NCBI RefSeq assembly: GCF_009914755.1
Contig: NC_060938.1
DNA length: 64,000 bases
Reading direction: 5' to 3' (one strand)
Source of the DNA: the human T2T-CHM13v2.0 reference genome, Homo sapiens
Shown here: one piece after another, positions 12,749-25,595 of the stretch
How positions within the stretch are numbered: position 1 is the stretch's first letter
Layout of the letters: each line of letters opens with the position of its first letter
Translations under genes and position numbers: made by a program
Notes under the pieces: model-generated
What the model saw: the letters and a program-made list of their open reading frames with translations, nothing else
Database searches by the model: none
What the model was told of the DNA's origin: nothing

Positions 12749-13159
12749 TATAGTTTTATATCGAGACAAACAAGTATTTTCCAGCTGCAGAGGTGGGAGG
12801 GAGGAGTGGTTTGGGGATGGGGAGATGGAAAGGAAGAAGAGTCTCTAATACACTAGGAGTTAGGAAACCCAGAACTGAATAAAATTTGCCCACTCATAAA
12901 ATTCCATAACACTGGGCTCTTTGAAATATCCCCATTAACAAAGATAAAGAGCCTACAGATGTTCAGCCAGTCTAAGCAGTTGACTAGCAGAACATCTAAA
13001 TGCCTTCATTATGAAAAGTGATACTTTCTCATTCAGAAGCAATAATGAGCTATTTCTTACTGATTCCCCTAGGAGAGATCTAGAGGACTTCAATATTTTT
13101 TCCCTCTATGATGTTATTTAATGTTAAAGTGGAAGGTTAAACGTTAATGTTAAAAGTTA

Positions 13160-13870
13160 AAGAGAAGCCCATTCACCTCTATCCACCTACCCACTTCAAG
13201 GCTGAGGTAGCCTTTGTGCTGACCTCCCATAAACTCTCACTTCCATAAATTCCTCACTTTACTACAATCTGACTTGCCTTGCCCAGTTACTTCATGAAAC
13301 CGTTTTAAGATATACTAAATTGTTTTTAAGATCATTATGACCCTAACACTTACCAAATACAAAAAACCACAACACATTATTTTGAACCTCTCTGCAGAAT
13401 TTGACATTTCTCATTTAAATTCTTCCTCTCTTGGCTCTATCAAATCACTTCTTTTGCTACCTCAGATAATTTCGTGTGACTCCTTTCAGAGGGTCTTCCT
13501 TTGCTGGCCCTTAAATATTGCTCTTCCCAGGTGCCATACTTGGCCTCTTTTTTTCTCATGCTATTCACTGTCTTCAGGTGGTCCCATCCACTCTCATTTA
13601 CTCAGTCACCATCTCCATATTAGGTGTTCTCACAAATTCAGCATCATAAACCCAATTGTTATATTGTTATTTTAAGCTCAAACTCAAGATATATTAAAAA
13701 ATGTACCATCATATTCTTTCCTAAGCTGGTTCTCCTTCCATTATTTGCTCTCATTTTTTTTAACCTCCATCCATCCATCCATCCATCCATCCATCCATCC
13801 ATCCATCCAAACTAGAATTGTGGTAGGCAACTTTGGTTCTTCCCTCTCACTGTCCATCTAGTGGTCATTT
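13160..13870 (+). mobile_element. L2 LINE fragment (degenerate)
   Basis: Pyrimidine-rich L2-like motifs (ctctctgcagaatttgaca, cttccctctcac). Confidence 0.55.
13766..13808. repeat. (TCCA)n tetranucleotide microsatellite, ~10 units
   Basis: Direct reading of the sequence. Confidence 0.97.
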
Positions 13871-13899
13871 CCCTGCTTTCCAAGTATATAATCAGTACA

Positions 13900-14335
13900 T
13901 ACATGGTACTTGGTACTTGGTAGAACCCCAACATTGGTTCCTTGAAACTAATTCCCCCTCCAGACCACGTAGAAAATAAAAAATATTCTTTTTCACGGGA
14001 GAGATTAGTACCACTCTTGAAGAACTGCAGGATGCAGGGTTAATGGACCCCATTTAATTCACCAGTGTGACTCTGACACACACATAAAAAAAGACAGCTA
14101 TTAGATGCATGAGTACTGCAAATTCAATGAAGTGGTACCCTATTACTGCTACCATGCTGAGTGAGATGTGGTACCTTTACTATCTAAACAGTGTATTAAC
14201 ACAGCTTTAGCACAGGTTTTGTGGCCATTGATCTGGCATTGTGCTCTTTTCCATCCCAGTCAGGAAGGAGAGCCAGAAACTTCACATTCACATGGGATGG
14301 ACAACAGTACACATTTATACTGACATATTCATTCC
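13900..14335 (+). mobile_element. ERVL-class pol (RT) remnant
   Basis: ttcacattcacatgggatggacaacagtacacattt translates as FTFTWDGQQYTF, resembling the ERVL RT motif FAF-W-GQQYTF. Upstream gtggccattgatctggc gives a VAIDLA-like motif. Confidence 0.65.
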
Positions 14336-14544
14336 CCCAACTCTCAATAAACCACATGTAAGCAAATCTCTGTCTCTGTCTCAGAATCTGTTTCCCATGA
14401 AATCCCATCCATGACAAACACTGAACCATTGGCATGACAACCACATGCATCACTGCTTATTTCTTCAGTGCTTTCCTCTGTATAGAAAACAGATAGAGCT
14501 ACCACTTGTGATAAAAGCCAGTTTATTATAATCAGAAGCTGATT

Positions 14545-14926
14545 TATTGCCCAGATTCCCCTCAGGAATGAAGGATTGATTTCTCCAGCACCTGCTGCTG
14601 GAAAATAGCCCTTAGCTATCAGCCTTCTTTGGAAGGAAATGGCAAACCCTAAGTCACACCTCTTTTCAGGGGCAGCCCTCATTTAGTGACTGACCAACAA
14701 GGTGGTATAATGGCCAGGCTCCCTCACTCCTGCTTGGAAAAACTCTGAATGGGCCACCTCAGCTCTAACCTCTCTTGGGATTGGTTGAGGACTTTGGACT
14801 GTATTACAGCTCAATTACTCCTTCACTCCAATCCTGTGTCCTTTCCCTCCCAAGAGCATTTCTTAATAAATCTCTATGTGCTAATACCCTTTTTAGAATC
14901 TGTTTCTTAATGAAACCAACCTGCAA
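14545..14926 (+). mobile_element. LTR16-like ERVL LTR
   Basis: cccagattcccctcaggaatgaagg...aataaatc...agaatctgtttc...aaccaacctgcaa. A second LTR16-like tail lies at ~14340-14415. Confidence 0.65.
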
Positions 14927-16087
14927 TGTCCTTCTCTCCCGAGATAATTCTTACTCATCCTTTAAGAACTCAGCTCAGAGGTCCCCACCTCTGGAACCTC
15001 CCCCAGCCATGTCGCATTCCCAATCTCCTCTTCCATTCTCAGTTAGTTTTCCTTTGATGGTGTTTCCATAACATCCTGTATATGCTTCCATCACCTCTGT
15101 CATAGCAATTCTCACTCTCTTTTAATAGTCATCTACATATGTGGCTTTCTCCTGCACTGAACTGTATGCTTTTTGTGTTGCCCAACTGATCATCCCAGGG
15201 ACAGAAGAAAGAGCACCAAAGTGTGCTTCAGAAATCTGAATTTTGGTCTGAGCTCTTCTAGTAGTTTTCTATATGTCCTTGCCTCTTCATGTGTCAATTT
15301 GCATAACAGTAAAATGGAAATGGTAATCTCCATCTTTTTTTCTTTACTCAGTGAGTTTAAAATCTATCATTATAGCTGTGGTTTGGGAAACCCCAGGCAG
15401 TACTCCCTCAGAGATGCTTAAATATACTCTCCACTTAACCATGTCCACCTATTCAGTCTTCCACAGGGTGAACGTAAGAGCTAGCTGCCTGCAAGGAGAC
15501 CAGTGCAGAATAGGAGTTTTGGTTCTCAGGCCGGGAATATACTAATGTGAACATAGCCCCAGGAATTTCTGGGGCAGCCTCAATTTAATTTTTTAATCAA
15601 GATAATTATTTAACCATATTTAAATATAATTAACATTTATGCATTTATAGCACTTTGCATATGAGCAACTTCCTAAGCCATGAAAAGAAATCCTTTATTA
15701 GGGCATGTGACCCAGTTCAGGTTTGGGAAATCATTATTCTATATAAATTCTAAATCAAAGTAGTAAATTGGCATTGTGATTTATATAAATGCCTCTTATG
15801 AGTTTGATTAGCTGAATCAATTCCCCAGATTCCTGGTCATACCTATGAAATGAAATTTAGTTGCCAAAATTTGAAATCTGAGGCTCTGACTTCTTGGAGT
15901 GCTCAGCAGTGTAAAGCCACTTCCTAAGGCCCAGCTTAAAATAATAATATGTAGGGACAATTTATCGAGCTCCTAGGATGGGTAGGCTTTGTTCTGGCCA
16001 CTTTGCAGTTATTGCTTTAATCTTAAAAATGACCCTACAGGGTACCTTGTCCCTTTTGTACAGATGAAGAAGCTGGGGATCACAGCC

Positions 16088-16296
16088 AGGGATGTGCTAC
16101 AGCCTGCTTACATGGGTTATGAGAGCCAATAGTACCAGTCTCTTCCCAACTTTGCATTCTGCGACATCACATTGGTAGCTTGAAATCAGCTATGGTGGGA
16201 GTATTTGCATCACAGAAATTGGCACATGTTACAAATGAGGGCTTTATTTATATATTTTGGGATCTTTGTGTTTAGCCATTTACCAGAATAACACAG
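16088..16296 (+). mobile_element. MER63A-like hAT-Blackjack element
   Basis: gatgtgct...tctcttcccaact...gacatcacattggtagcttgaaatcagctatggtgggagtattt. Confidence 0.7.
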
Positions 16297-17184
16297 CTTA
16301 CAGCTAATAACCAGGCCAAGACTCAAACTAAGGTCTGTCAGTCTCCAAATTCTTGCCTGTCCTCCTGTGTTGGAAGAAGCTAGAGGCTGAGTTTCAGAGC
16401 CCGGTACTTTCTTAAGACTCTGCAGCTCTCTGCCCAGAGTCCCCACTCCCTGCCCCACCTTCCCCAACTAAATTCTGCTAACTCAAAATAGGAAGCAAAG
16501 TTCAGCCAAGGGCCATCCCCTTTATTCAGTTTCAACTCTTGCCAAAAAAAAGTCAAAAGATGAAGCTGTTAGAGAAAAACCAAAAAAAGACAAAGACAAC
16601 TTGGCTTCTGTTTGTTCAGTATCCGTGAATAAATGCAAAGGAGGAACTGAATAAACCATTAGTTCCCAAATGCTTTCAGGAGCCCCACTGGAGAGCTCTT
16701 TTACTTGGCAGTGAGGAGAAGGACCCCATGGAAGCCTTAATTGGCACCATCTAATTACAGGAGATGGAGTAAATCTGTGGTCCAAGTGTCCATCTGCTTC
16801 TCATTTCCAATCAGTTAGCACGCATTAAAAGTGAATACAACATAAACTCAGGACAACCTCAGTGATGCATTACATTTCCAAGACAAGAGTAAGGCGAGAA
16901 ATGAACTTCAAGGAAAATAACAGCAGAATGGGCCAAGTGCCCTACTAAAATCTGGCATGGACTAGAGTCAGACATTGAGAAAATGGCCTTTAACAAATAA
17001 TTTAGTTTTTAATGACCCTGGACTCCCCACTGGCTATGATGACATTATCAATCCTCAGGCAATGTTTAATAGCCTTGCATATTCATTTTGCACATATTTT
17101 ATAGTCCTTTTCTTTCTATATTTGTTTCATTTTTGGTTTTTAATTGTTAATCCTTTGGGGACAGAGATAATATCTATGAAGCCT

Positions 17185-17423
17185 ATATGGAATGGCTGTA
17201 TTTACCCAATGCCTGTACTCCTGTTTTATCTAGAAAGTAAATAACATGCTTTTGATTTTACAGGCTCATAGGTAGAAAAGACTTGCCCTATCTCAGATGA
17301 TACTTTGGACTTTGGACTTTTGAGTTAATGCTGAAATGAGTTAAGACTTTGGGGGACTGTTGGCAAGGCTTGATTGGTTTTGAAGTGTGAGCGCATGAGA
17401 TTTGGGAAGAGTCAGGGGCAGAA
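17185..17423 (+). mobile_element. THE1/MST internal region, 3' end
   Basis: ttttgattttacaggctcatagg...ggacttttgagttaatgctgaaatgagttaagactttggggg, ending in a purine-rich tract before the LTR. Confidence 0.85.
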
Positions 17424-17777
17424 TAATACGGTTTGGCTCTGTGTCCCCACCCAAATCTCATCTTGAATTGTACTCCCATAATTCCCACTTTTGTAGGAGG
17501 GACCTGGTGGGAAGTAATTGAATCAGGGGGGTGGTTTCTCCCCTACTATTCTCGTGGCAGTGAATATGTCTCATAAGATCTGATAGTTTGAGAAGGGAAA
17601 ACCTATTTTGCTTGGTTCTCATTCTCTCTCTTGCCACTGCCATGTAAGAAGTGCCTTTCACCTTCCGCCATGATTGTGAAGCCTCCCTAGCCATGTGGAA
17701 CTGTAAGTCCATTAAACCTCTTTTTCTTCCCAGTCTCAGGTATGTCTTTATCAGCAACGTGTAAATGAACTAATACA
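17424..17777 (+). mobile_element. THE1 LTR (THE1B/C/D-like)
   Basis: ggtttggctctgtgtccccacccaaatctcatcttgaattgta...ccattaaacctcttttt...aactaataca. Confidence 0.92.
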
Positions 17778-17779
17778 AC

Positions 17780-18622
17780 TAATATCAAAAAATTAAAAGA
17801 TAAGAAGTGTTGGCAAGGAAGTGGAGAAAAAAAGAACACTTACACACTGCTGCTGGGAATATGAATTAGTGTAGCCACTATGGAAAACAGTGTGGCGGTT
17901 CCTCAAAAAGTTAAAACTAGAACTAGCATATGATCCAGCAATTCCACTACTGGGTATATATTCAAAGGAAATTAAATTAGTATGTCAAACATATATTTGC
18001 ACTTTTATGTTTATTCTAGCATTATTCACAATAGCCAAGATATGGAATCAACCTAAATGTCCATCAGTGGATTAATGGATAAAGAAAATGTAGTATATAT
18101 ACAAAATGAAATATTATTCAGTCATAGATAAAATCCTGTTATTTGTGGCAACATGGATAAACCTGGAGAATATTATGTTAAGTGAAATAAGCCCAGCACA
18201 GAGAGACAAATACCACATGATCTCACTCATATATGGAGGCTACAAAGTTGTTCTCATAGAAGTAGAGAGCAGAATCATGGTTACCAGAGGATGGGGAGGG
18301 TAGGGGGAAAAAGGGGATTGTTTCAGATTGGTCAATGGGTACAAAGCTACAGTTAGATAAGAAGAATACGTTTGGGTGCTCTATTGTATAGTAGGATGAT
18401 TAGAGTTAATAATAATACATTGTATATTTCAAAATTGCTAGAAGAGAGGTTTTTGAATGTCCTCTTCACAAGGCAACGATAAATGTTTAAAGTGATGGAT
18501 ATACTTATTACCCTGACTTGATAATTACACAATTTATACATGTATTGAAACATCATGTTGTACCCCATTAGTATGTGCGATGATTTTGTATCAATCATAA
18601 ATTTAAAAAATGAAAAAAAAAT
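17780..18622 (+). mobile_element. L1MA-like LINE 3' end
   Basis: ORF2 C-terminal remnant ([23 protein letters not shown]; ATWINLENIMLSEIS), L1MA-type 3'UTR and A-rich tail. Confidence 0.9.
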
Positions 18623-20197
18623 TGAAGGGATTGCACTAAAGCACCAGAAGGTCTAACCTTCTATAGTTCTAAGAAAAACTGCAGGAGAGAGCCAGGATGT
18701 GGGAGCTGTCCTTCCCAGTGGGTCTCAGAGACACATTTTTGATGGTGGTGGTGGGAAACAGAACCACTACTTATGTCAAGAGACTTTAAGCCAATTAAAA
18801 CTAAGCTCCTTTTAAAATTTTTTTGAGTACTAAGGAGATTTTTAGGTGGTCTAGCTCTCTTGGAATACAAACTACAAACTATTTTCTTTGGCTGCTCTTT
18901 ACCTCTTATAAGTCAATGAGAGGATTAATGGTAAAAGGCTTTATTTCTGATCTTTGGAGGACAAGGGAAAGCTAAACAGGAGAACTAGATCAATATAGCA
19001 TTGTTTCTTCTCAAAAGGACTTAGAATCATTGGGCATTAAATATGGGAGCCCTCAGCATCACCTGGGCCAAGTTTCATAGTTTATAGTCAGAAGTACTAA
19101 GGGTCACTCAAACCACTAGTTAGAGGGAGCATAGGGTTTAGAATCCAGCTGCTTTTTTGCAGGATTCTAAACTCTTCTGTGTAGAAAGAGGAGTACATTC
19201 TTGGGTCTGTGAAAACTAAAATTTGAAAAACCACTTCTGCTTTTAGGGTAAACAACTTTGGGAGTATCTGCCTTGCTCAAGAATTAATTCTTCTCCCCTT
19301 TTCCCACAGAGTTGCAGTATGGCACTGTGGTGAGAAGTGGGACAACCATCTTAGCCAACCTGATGATGAGCTCCCCTGGGGATTGGGAATCAGGACTAAG
19401 TAATTCCAGCTTAGCCGGGGCTTCTCTCTAACCCTACAGCTATGCTAGGGCTATCTTCCATCAGCTGTGTGGGCTAACTGATCCAGAAGGATGGTCTTCA
19501 GGAGAATAAGAGATGGGAGATGGAAAGGGAGCACTCTGTGGCTTCAGGGACTTTCCATAACCTGGGCCAGTCCAGCTGTCCTGCCCAGTTCTGGGCCTGA
19601 CCCACTGGGCAGGACAGCTCCCACCATCTTGGCTCTGCTACCTTCCATCTCTAGAGTCTATGACACACCTGCATGTTAATATGTAGCACCCTCCTACTCT
19701 CCAGCCCCTTAAGCTAGTTTGAATTGAATTGTTGCTGTTACATGAAACTAACAATTTTAACTAACATGGTTCCTTCTTATCTTAGAAGAGTCATCTTCAG
19801 GACTTGAACACATTTATTTCCACTTACTTTAATGGATGCTCTATCATATTCTTTTCAACTCTTTGAGAAGGCGTTCTTCTCTCCCATCCAATCAGTTGCT
19901 AAGTCAGGACAGTTTTCTTTCATAGAGACTCTCAAATCTATCATTCTTATCCATAACTAATGCCATTAAATTTTGGACCTTATTTCTTCATGTTGGTCAT
20001 TTGCAATAATCTCCCAATTGGTTGGCTTGACTCTCATCTCTCATTTTTCATCCATTATCCCTTCAAATCTAATCCTAAAGCTTGCCTTGATCATGCCCTG
20101 CCTAAGTACTAAACTGTCTTTAGAATTCTGCCTGCCACAAGCAGAAAGTACTCCTTCCTGAGCCCTCAGCAGTTCTATACTTTTCCAATAGTTGAAG

Positions 20198-20349
20198 CAG
20201 AACCAGCTACATAATTTGTGGAATTCAGTGCAAAATGACGGGCTCTTGTTTAAACACGTTTAATTATTTCAAGATGGTGACTGCAGAGTATGAAAGGGAA
20301 CATGGGGTCCTGGGTCACTGCACTGGTTAATGCTCATAAAGCCAGCCCT
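20198..20349 (-). mobile_element. MER45A-like hAT element
   Basis: ccagctacataatttg...cagtgcaaaatga...atttcaagatgg...gccagccct. Confidence 0.65.
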
Positions 20350-22345
20350 CCTTTGTAAGATCTCTCCATTTCTCCCCATTCTCACTCCTTTTCACATCCA
20401 CATAGTGAATTCTCAAAAATTGATTTTGAATGACAACCAAGGATATCAGATATACTGAAATGATACGGAGCTCTTAAAGGCTCTCTAAATCCATACACAT
20501 TGCATTAAGAGAAAGCCTTTGGATTAATGCACGTTATAAAAATGATAACAGGAGTGTATGGCACTTTAAGTAGAAAACGACAATGGAATATTGGAAGAGT
20601 CATCCAGTCTTTGAAATAAATACCGATGGGCCAGAATCATGGAAGTAGTGAATACTAGGGAAGATGAGGGACCCCTTTTTGGATGTGCAAGAAGGAAAGA
20701 GGACAGAGTGAAAATATTAGACAAAAACAAAAACAAACCCTCCACCTAGCAAACATTAAGGCTTTTAGACTTTGGAGATCTGCTTTTTCTAAGGGTGCCA
20801 ATGGTATTCCTGAAAGCACTTTGTGGGAGGGGGTGGGCACATTGGGGCTTGGGGGGAAGCGCAGGACAGGGGTGGGATAGGGGAATGGTCTCTCAAAAAA
20901 CAACAATCTAATGAGCTTCAGTAATTAGCAAGGCTGCATTCTGCCTTCCCATCCTGGCCTGACAGGACAGTGAGAGTTATGAAACGGCTGCCAGCAGATG
21001 AATGGGGTTGCCTCCGCCATCTGTCTTCCAAATGATCCTGTAGGTACAGCTATTATTTCAGTCAGACACTGGCAGGTGGGCAATTGTTCACAGGCTCTGT
21101 GAAGAATAGCTGTTGCCAAGGGTTTGGTGAGTGTTACAACTTCCCACAGACCCGTTTTCGGCTTGTCTGAGACATTAAAACATGGAGGCGGCACAGGGTC
21201 TGTGACTGACCAGGATTCCTTCGTGGTCTTTTCCCCTCATGTATGCCACTCCGTGCTTCTTCCCACTCTTCCCTCCTCCCTCCAACCCCCCACCCCTCTC
21301 CTTCACGCTGTACCCTTTCTCACTCCTCCTCGTGCCCCTCACCTCAGGCTTCCCTCCTCATCAGTTGTTCCTCTTTTCTCTTTTTTCTTCTTCCTCTCAC
21401 AAAACTACACAAATATCTTATGAGAAAAGTGAGGAGGAAGGGAAAGGAAAGGGAGTGTTGAGGTAGGTTGTGCAAAGCAAAGGGAAACTAGACTAAAATC
21501 ACCTGCAGGCTCAACTAGAGGGCGGCCCGGGAGTCACCAGTGGTATCATCCCAGGGAAGGAGAGATATAAGGAGGAATTAAAAAAGGAAAAAGAAAAGAG
21601 ATGCCCAAAAAAGACACCCAGCATTAAATGTTGTATTAATCCTGGTTAATAAGTTGGTCAGAAGATAAGAAAAAACAGCTGGAAGAGGGAGTCTCGTTTA
21701 AATCTCCCAAAGGTAGGTGTGAACTTGAGCATATTAAATAGCTTTCAATAATTCGATGTGCTCATTTTGTCAGCATTTTAATTCTCATCCCTTTATGGAC
21801 CAATTTGAGTGACATAACTCAGCCCACACCTGGTTTGACGTGACAGATAGATTCGAAGCACCACACATTGTTCTCACCTTTACACTGCTAAGAAACTTAC
21901 TAGAACAGATTCAGAGTTGAGTGAGTTGTGCTCCACTCTAACCTTCCACCCAGGGCATGACATGTCTTTGAAAGGACAGCACTTTGAGAATCAAGTTCAG
22001 GGGTAGAATCAACGATTGCTCTTCAAGCCTGGTAAATATGACAAGATATCTAGCACTGTCTTTTCTTTTCTCTTCAAGCCTGCTTATATTCTTATATTCT
22101 TTCTCTTAAACTCTTCCTCTTCTTTTCTTCTCCAACCCTCTACCCACTACCACCATCCTGCTCATAAGAATGGCTTAGAAACCAAACCAAACAAAACCAA
22201 TCTGAAGCAAACCAAAGGCCTTCTCCCCAGCTGCTTTAGTTGTAGGAGGTGTCGTGTATTAAAACCGCTGTATCTCATTAGATAATGTAATTTAAGTTTC
22301 CTCATGTCAACTTGCCAGTAAGAGAATCTAAATACTGTATGCCAA

Positions 22346-22799
22346 TGCTATGGTTTAAATGTGTTCCCCAAAATTCATGTGTTGAAAACAACTCCAAAGG
22401 CAGCAGTGTTGGGAGGTGGGGCCTAATGGCAGAGCCCTCATGAATGGATTAATGCTGTTAGCCGGGGAGTGGATATTTTACAGTGGGAGTGGTTTTGTAA
22501 TAAAAGTGAATTTGGCTCCCTCTTCCTCTCTCGCCTTCTCTTCTTTTTTCTCCCCTCCATTCACTTGTCCTCCCTTCTCGTCCCTTCTCTTCTCCTCTCC
22601 TCACCTCCCCTCACCACCTCCTTCCCCGCTCATGTTTTCTTGCCTTTCCACTCTTCTGCAATAGAATGATGCAGCCAGATGTGGCGCCTCAGTCTTAGAC
22701 TTCCCAGCCTCCAGAAACATGAGCCAAATTAATTTCTGTTCATTGTAAATTACTCAGTCTCAGCTATTCTCTTATGGCAACAAAAAACAGACTAAGACA
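22346..22799 (+). mobile_element. MST-family MaLR LTR with an internal CT-rich expansion
   Basis: tgctatggtttaaatgtgttccccaaaattcatgtgttgaaa...ttcccagcctccagaa...agactaagaca. Confidence 0.85.
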
Positions 22800-22974
22800 G
22801 TCAAGTATTATTGAAATGTCTGTTTTACTTACAATCTACTGAAAGTGTTTTGTACTGCGATTTCAGTGGCACAAAAACTTGGGGATCATTTTTGATACTG
22901 GATTGAAATTCAAACTCAAAGCTCTTCCTAACAGTGCATGGTGAATCTAGTGGCTTCCTGTCTAACACCCTATC

Positions 22975-23105
22975 AGAGTGACCATGTTGTTTACCATGAA
23001 GCCAGGCACTTTTGAGAATGAAAGGAATCACTATTCATGATTGCACCAAGACAATTGATATAAACCTGAACTGTCCTATACAAACATGATGCACAGTCCC
23101 ATGCC
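22975..23105 (+). mobile_element. MER94-like hAT-Blackjack MITE
   Basis: agagtgaccat...cacttttgagaatgaaagg...ataaacctgaactgtcc. Confidence 0.55.
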
Positions 23106-23457
23106 TATTGTGGAAAGGCTAAATATGAGGAGCAGCATTTTCTTGCAGTCAAGCATGGGTCCATTCTCTGAATGCCTAAAGTCCTAGCTGAAGTTGTCAC
23201 TCATTTGGAATTTAGCATAGTTTGCCTTAAAATTTTATTTTTCTTTATATGAATATATCCTTGAGATTGAGGTCTGAATTCACATTTCCATTTCCAGGAC
23301 AGATCCATAAATCCTCAGTACATGTTTGTTGATCATGACCAAGGTTGCCCTAAGAGGAAGTATTGGTTCTCCCTGGTTTTGAGGGGATACCACTACCCCG
23401 CAGATTATGAGCGAGTTCTCCTGAATGCTTACACACTTTGCCTTGAGGGTAAAGGAA

Positions 23458-23953
23458 TGTATTGCTTTCCTATTGCTTTTGTAACAGGTTAGTACAAACT
23501 TAGTGGATTAAACCAACAATTTATTATCTGATAGTTCTGGACATCAGACGTACTAAAACTAAGGTGTCAGTAAGGCCCTGTTCCTCTGGAAGCTCTAGGG
23601 AAGAATCTATTTTCTTGCCTTTTCTACCTCCAAGAGGGCATTTACATTCCTTGACTTGTGGCCCCTTCCTCTCATCTTCAAGGCATCTTTCTCTGCTTTC
23701 ATCATCACATCAACTTTTTCTGACTCTAACCCTCCTATTTCCCTCGTATAAGGATCTTTGTGATTAGATTGGGCCCACCTAGATAATCCAGGTCTTTGTG
23801 ATTACATTGGATCCACCTAGATAATCTTCTTCTTAAGGTCTGTTACCTTGAAGACGTCTGCAAAGTCTCTTTTGCCATGTAAGGTAACATATTCACAGGT
23901 TCCAGGGATTAGGATGTGGACACTTTTGGGGGCACATTAATCAGCTTACCACA
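23458..23953 (-). mobile_element. MLT1 (C/D-like) MaLR LTR
   Basis: tgtatt...acaaacttagtgg...tttgccatgtaaggtaacatattcacaggttccagggattaggatgtggaca...ccaca. Confidence 0.88.
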
Positions 23954-25149
23954 AGGACCCTCTCAAACCAGACTTTTAGTTTATCTTAGTACTCCATTAT
24001 CTGAAGGTCACAGCCATTGACAGTGTTTCTCATGGTTCTGTTTCCAGTCCAGGTGAACAAAAAAAATTGCTTGTACTAAACTGAAAGTGGTCTTAGTGTC
24101 TTTCTAAGGTAGCCAGGGGAGTGAAGGTCTCTGGTGCATGAATAGGTTATGAAAAGTACCATCAAGTCAGTTAAAGAAGAAAACATAAATTATTCCCAAG
24201 TGACTTAGACCTTCACCTGCTGCGGCTGCGTACTTCCTCTCAAGGTCTCTTCTGGCTCTTGGTTTGCACACCTTGGGGCAATTACATGCATGATCTACAT
24301 ACACACTTCTCCTGAGAAGAGTCTAGGAGGAAACCTTCAGCATACAATTGAGATATCTGGAATGTAAGAGTTCATTGCTGGTACCCTTTCCCAGGTCCAA
24401 GTCTTCTTCTAAAGGACCAGGTGTGCTCCTCCCATTCTCTACCGCGGGTTCTCCCCAGCTGCACCCCACCTGACAGTAAGGAGGCACTAGCTGTGCTGCT
24501 GGCATCTGCAAAAAAAAAAAAAAAAAAAAGAAGAAGAAGAAAGAAAAAAAATCTGCCATACTTCTATCAGCCACTACCACACAAAGTTTCATTGGTCAAA
24601 ACGGTTGGTGTCATTTCTGTCTTAGGCTCTCACTCACACCATGTAATGGCCTTCTGTTCCAGGGAGGTTACGCTTTCACCTTCTTTCTTCTTCATGACCA
24701 GTTAAGGGTTTATAGTATTCTTTGCAAGATATGCATTGGCATAAGTCATAGATGCCTATATTTTCAATCATCTTTTAAATTTATTTTATTCTGAAAATGA
24801 AGACTTCAGCTTTCTCATAGCCAAACATACATATAACCACCATGATCAAGTTAACATGCATTGAATGCCTGCAGTGTGCAAACCACCATGTTAATGCTCT
24901 ATATGTACTGTCCCATTGAATCCTTACAACAGCCCTATGAAATAAGTATTACTTTCTAATGTTATGAATGAGGAAACTAATGTTTGGAGAAATGTCTTGT
25001 CTAACATGCGCATGCACACACACACACACACACACTTCTCAGTAGAGTTTAGGCTCAAGAGAAAAAATATCAAAATTAATATATAAATAGAAGCAGTAAA
25101 ATTATGTTAAAGAGAAAAATATTTAAAGTTGATCTTTTCTTGGGTTGGG

Positions 25150-25595
25150 GGTATCTTAGTTCACTTAGTATTGTTGTAACAGAACACTTGAGGCTGGGTA
25201 ATTTATAAAGAAAAGAGTTTTATTTGGTGTATGATTGTGCAGGCTGGAAGGTTCGAGATTGGGCAGCTGCATGTGGTGAGGGCCTCAGGCTGTTTCTGCT
25301 AGTGGTGGAAAGTGAAAGGGGAGTGGGCATGTGCAAAATGATTGCATGGTGACAGAGGAAGAGAGAGAGAAAAACAGAGGAAGCCAGACTCTTTAACAAG
25401 CCACTCTCACAGGAACTAATCCACTTGAGAGCAAAAGCTCACTCACCCCTGCAGGAGGACGTTAATCTATTCATAAGGAATCCACCCCCGTGATCCAAGC
25501 ACCTCCCTCTAGGCCTCATCTCCCAACACCACCATGTTGAGGATCAAATTTCAACATAAGTTTTGGCAGGAACAAGCTGCATCCAAACCAACAAA
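25150..25595 (-). mobile_element. MST/MLT1A-like MaLR LTR
   Basis: gtatcttagt...gaggctgggtaatttataaagaaaagag...aaatttcaacataagttttggcagga...atccaaacca. Confidence 0.85.

Noticed and set aside
24380-24551. Processed pseudogene ending in a poly(A) tail on the plus strand
   Set aside because: No AATAAA precedes the A run, and I recognised no TSD or parent gene.
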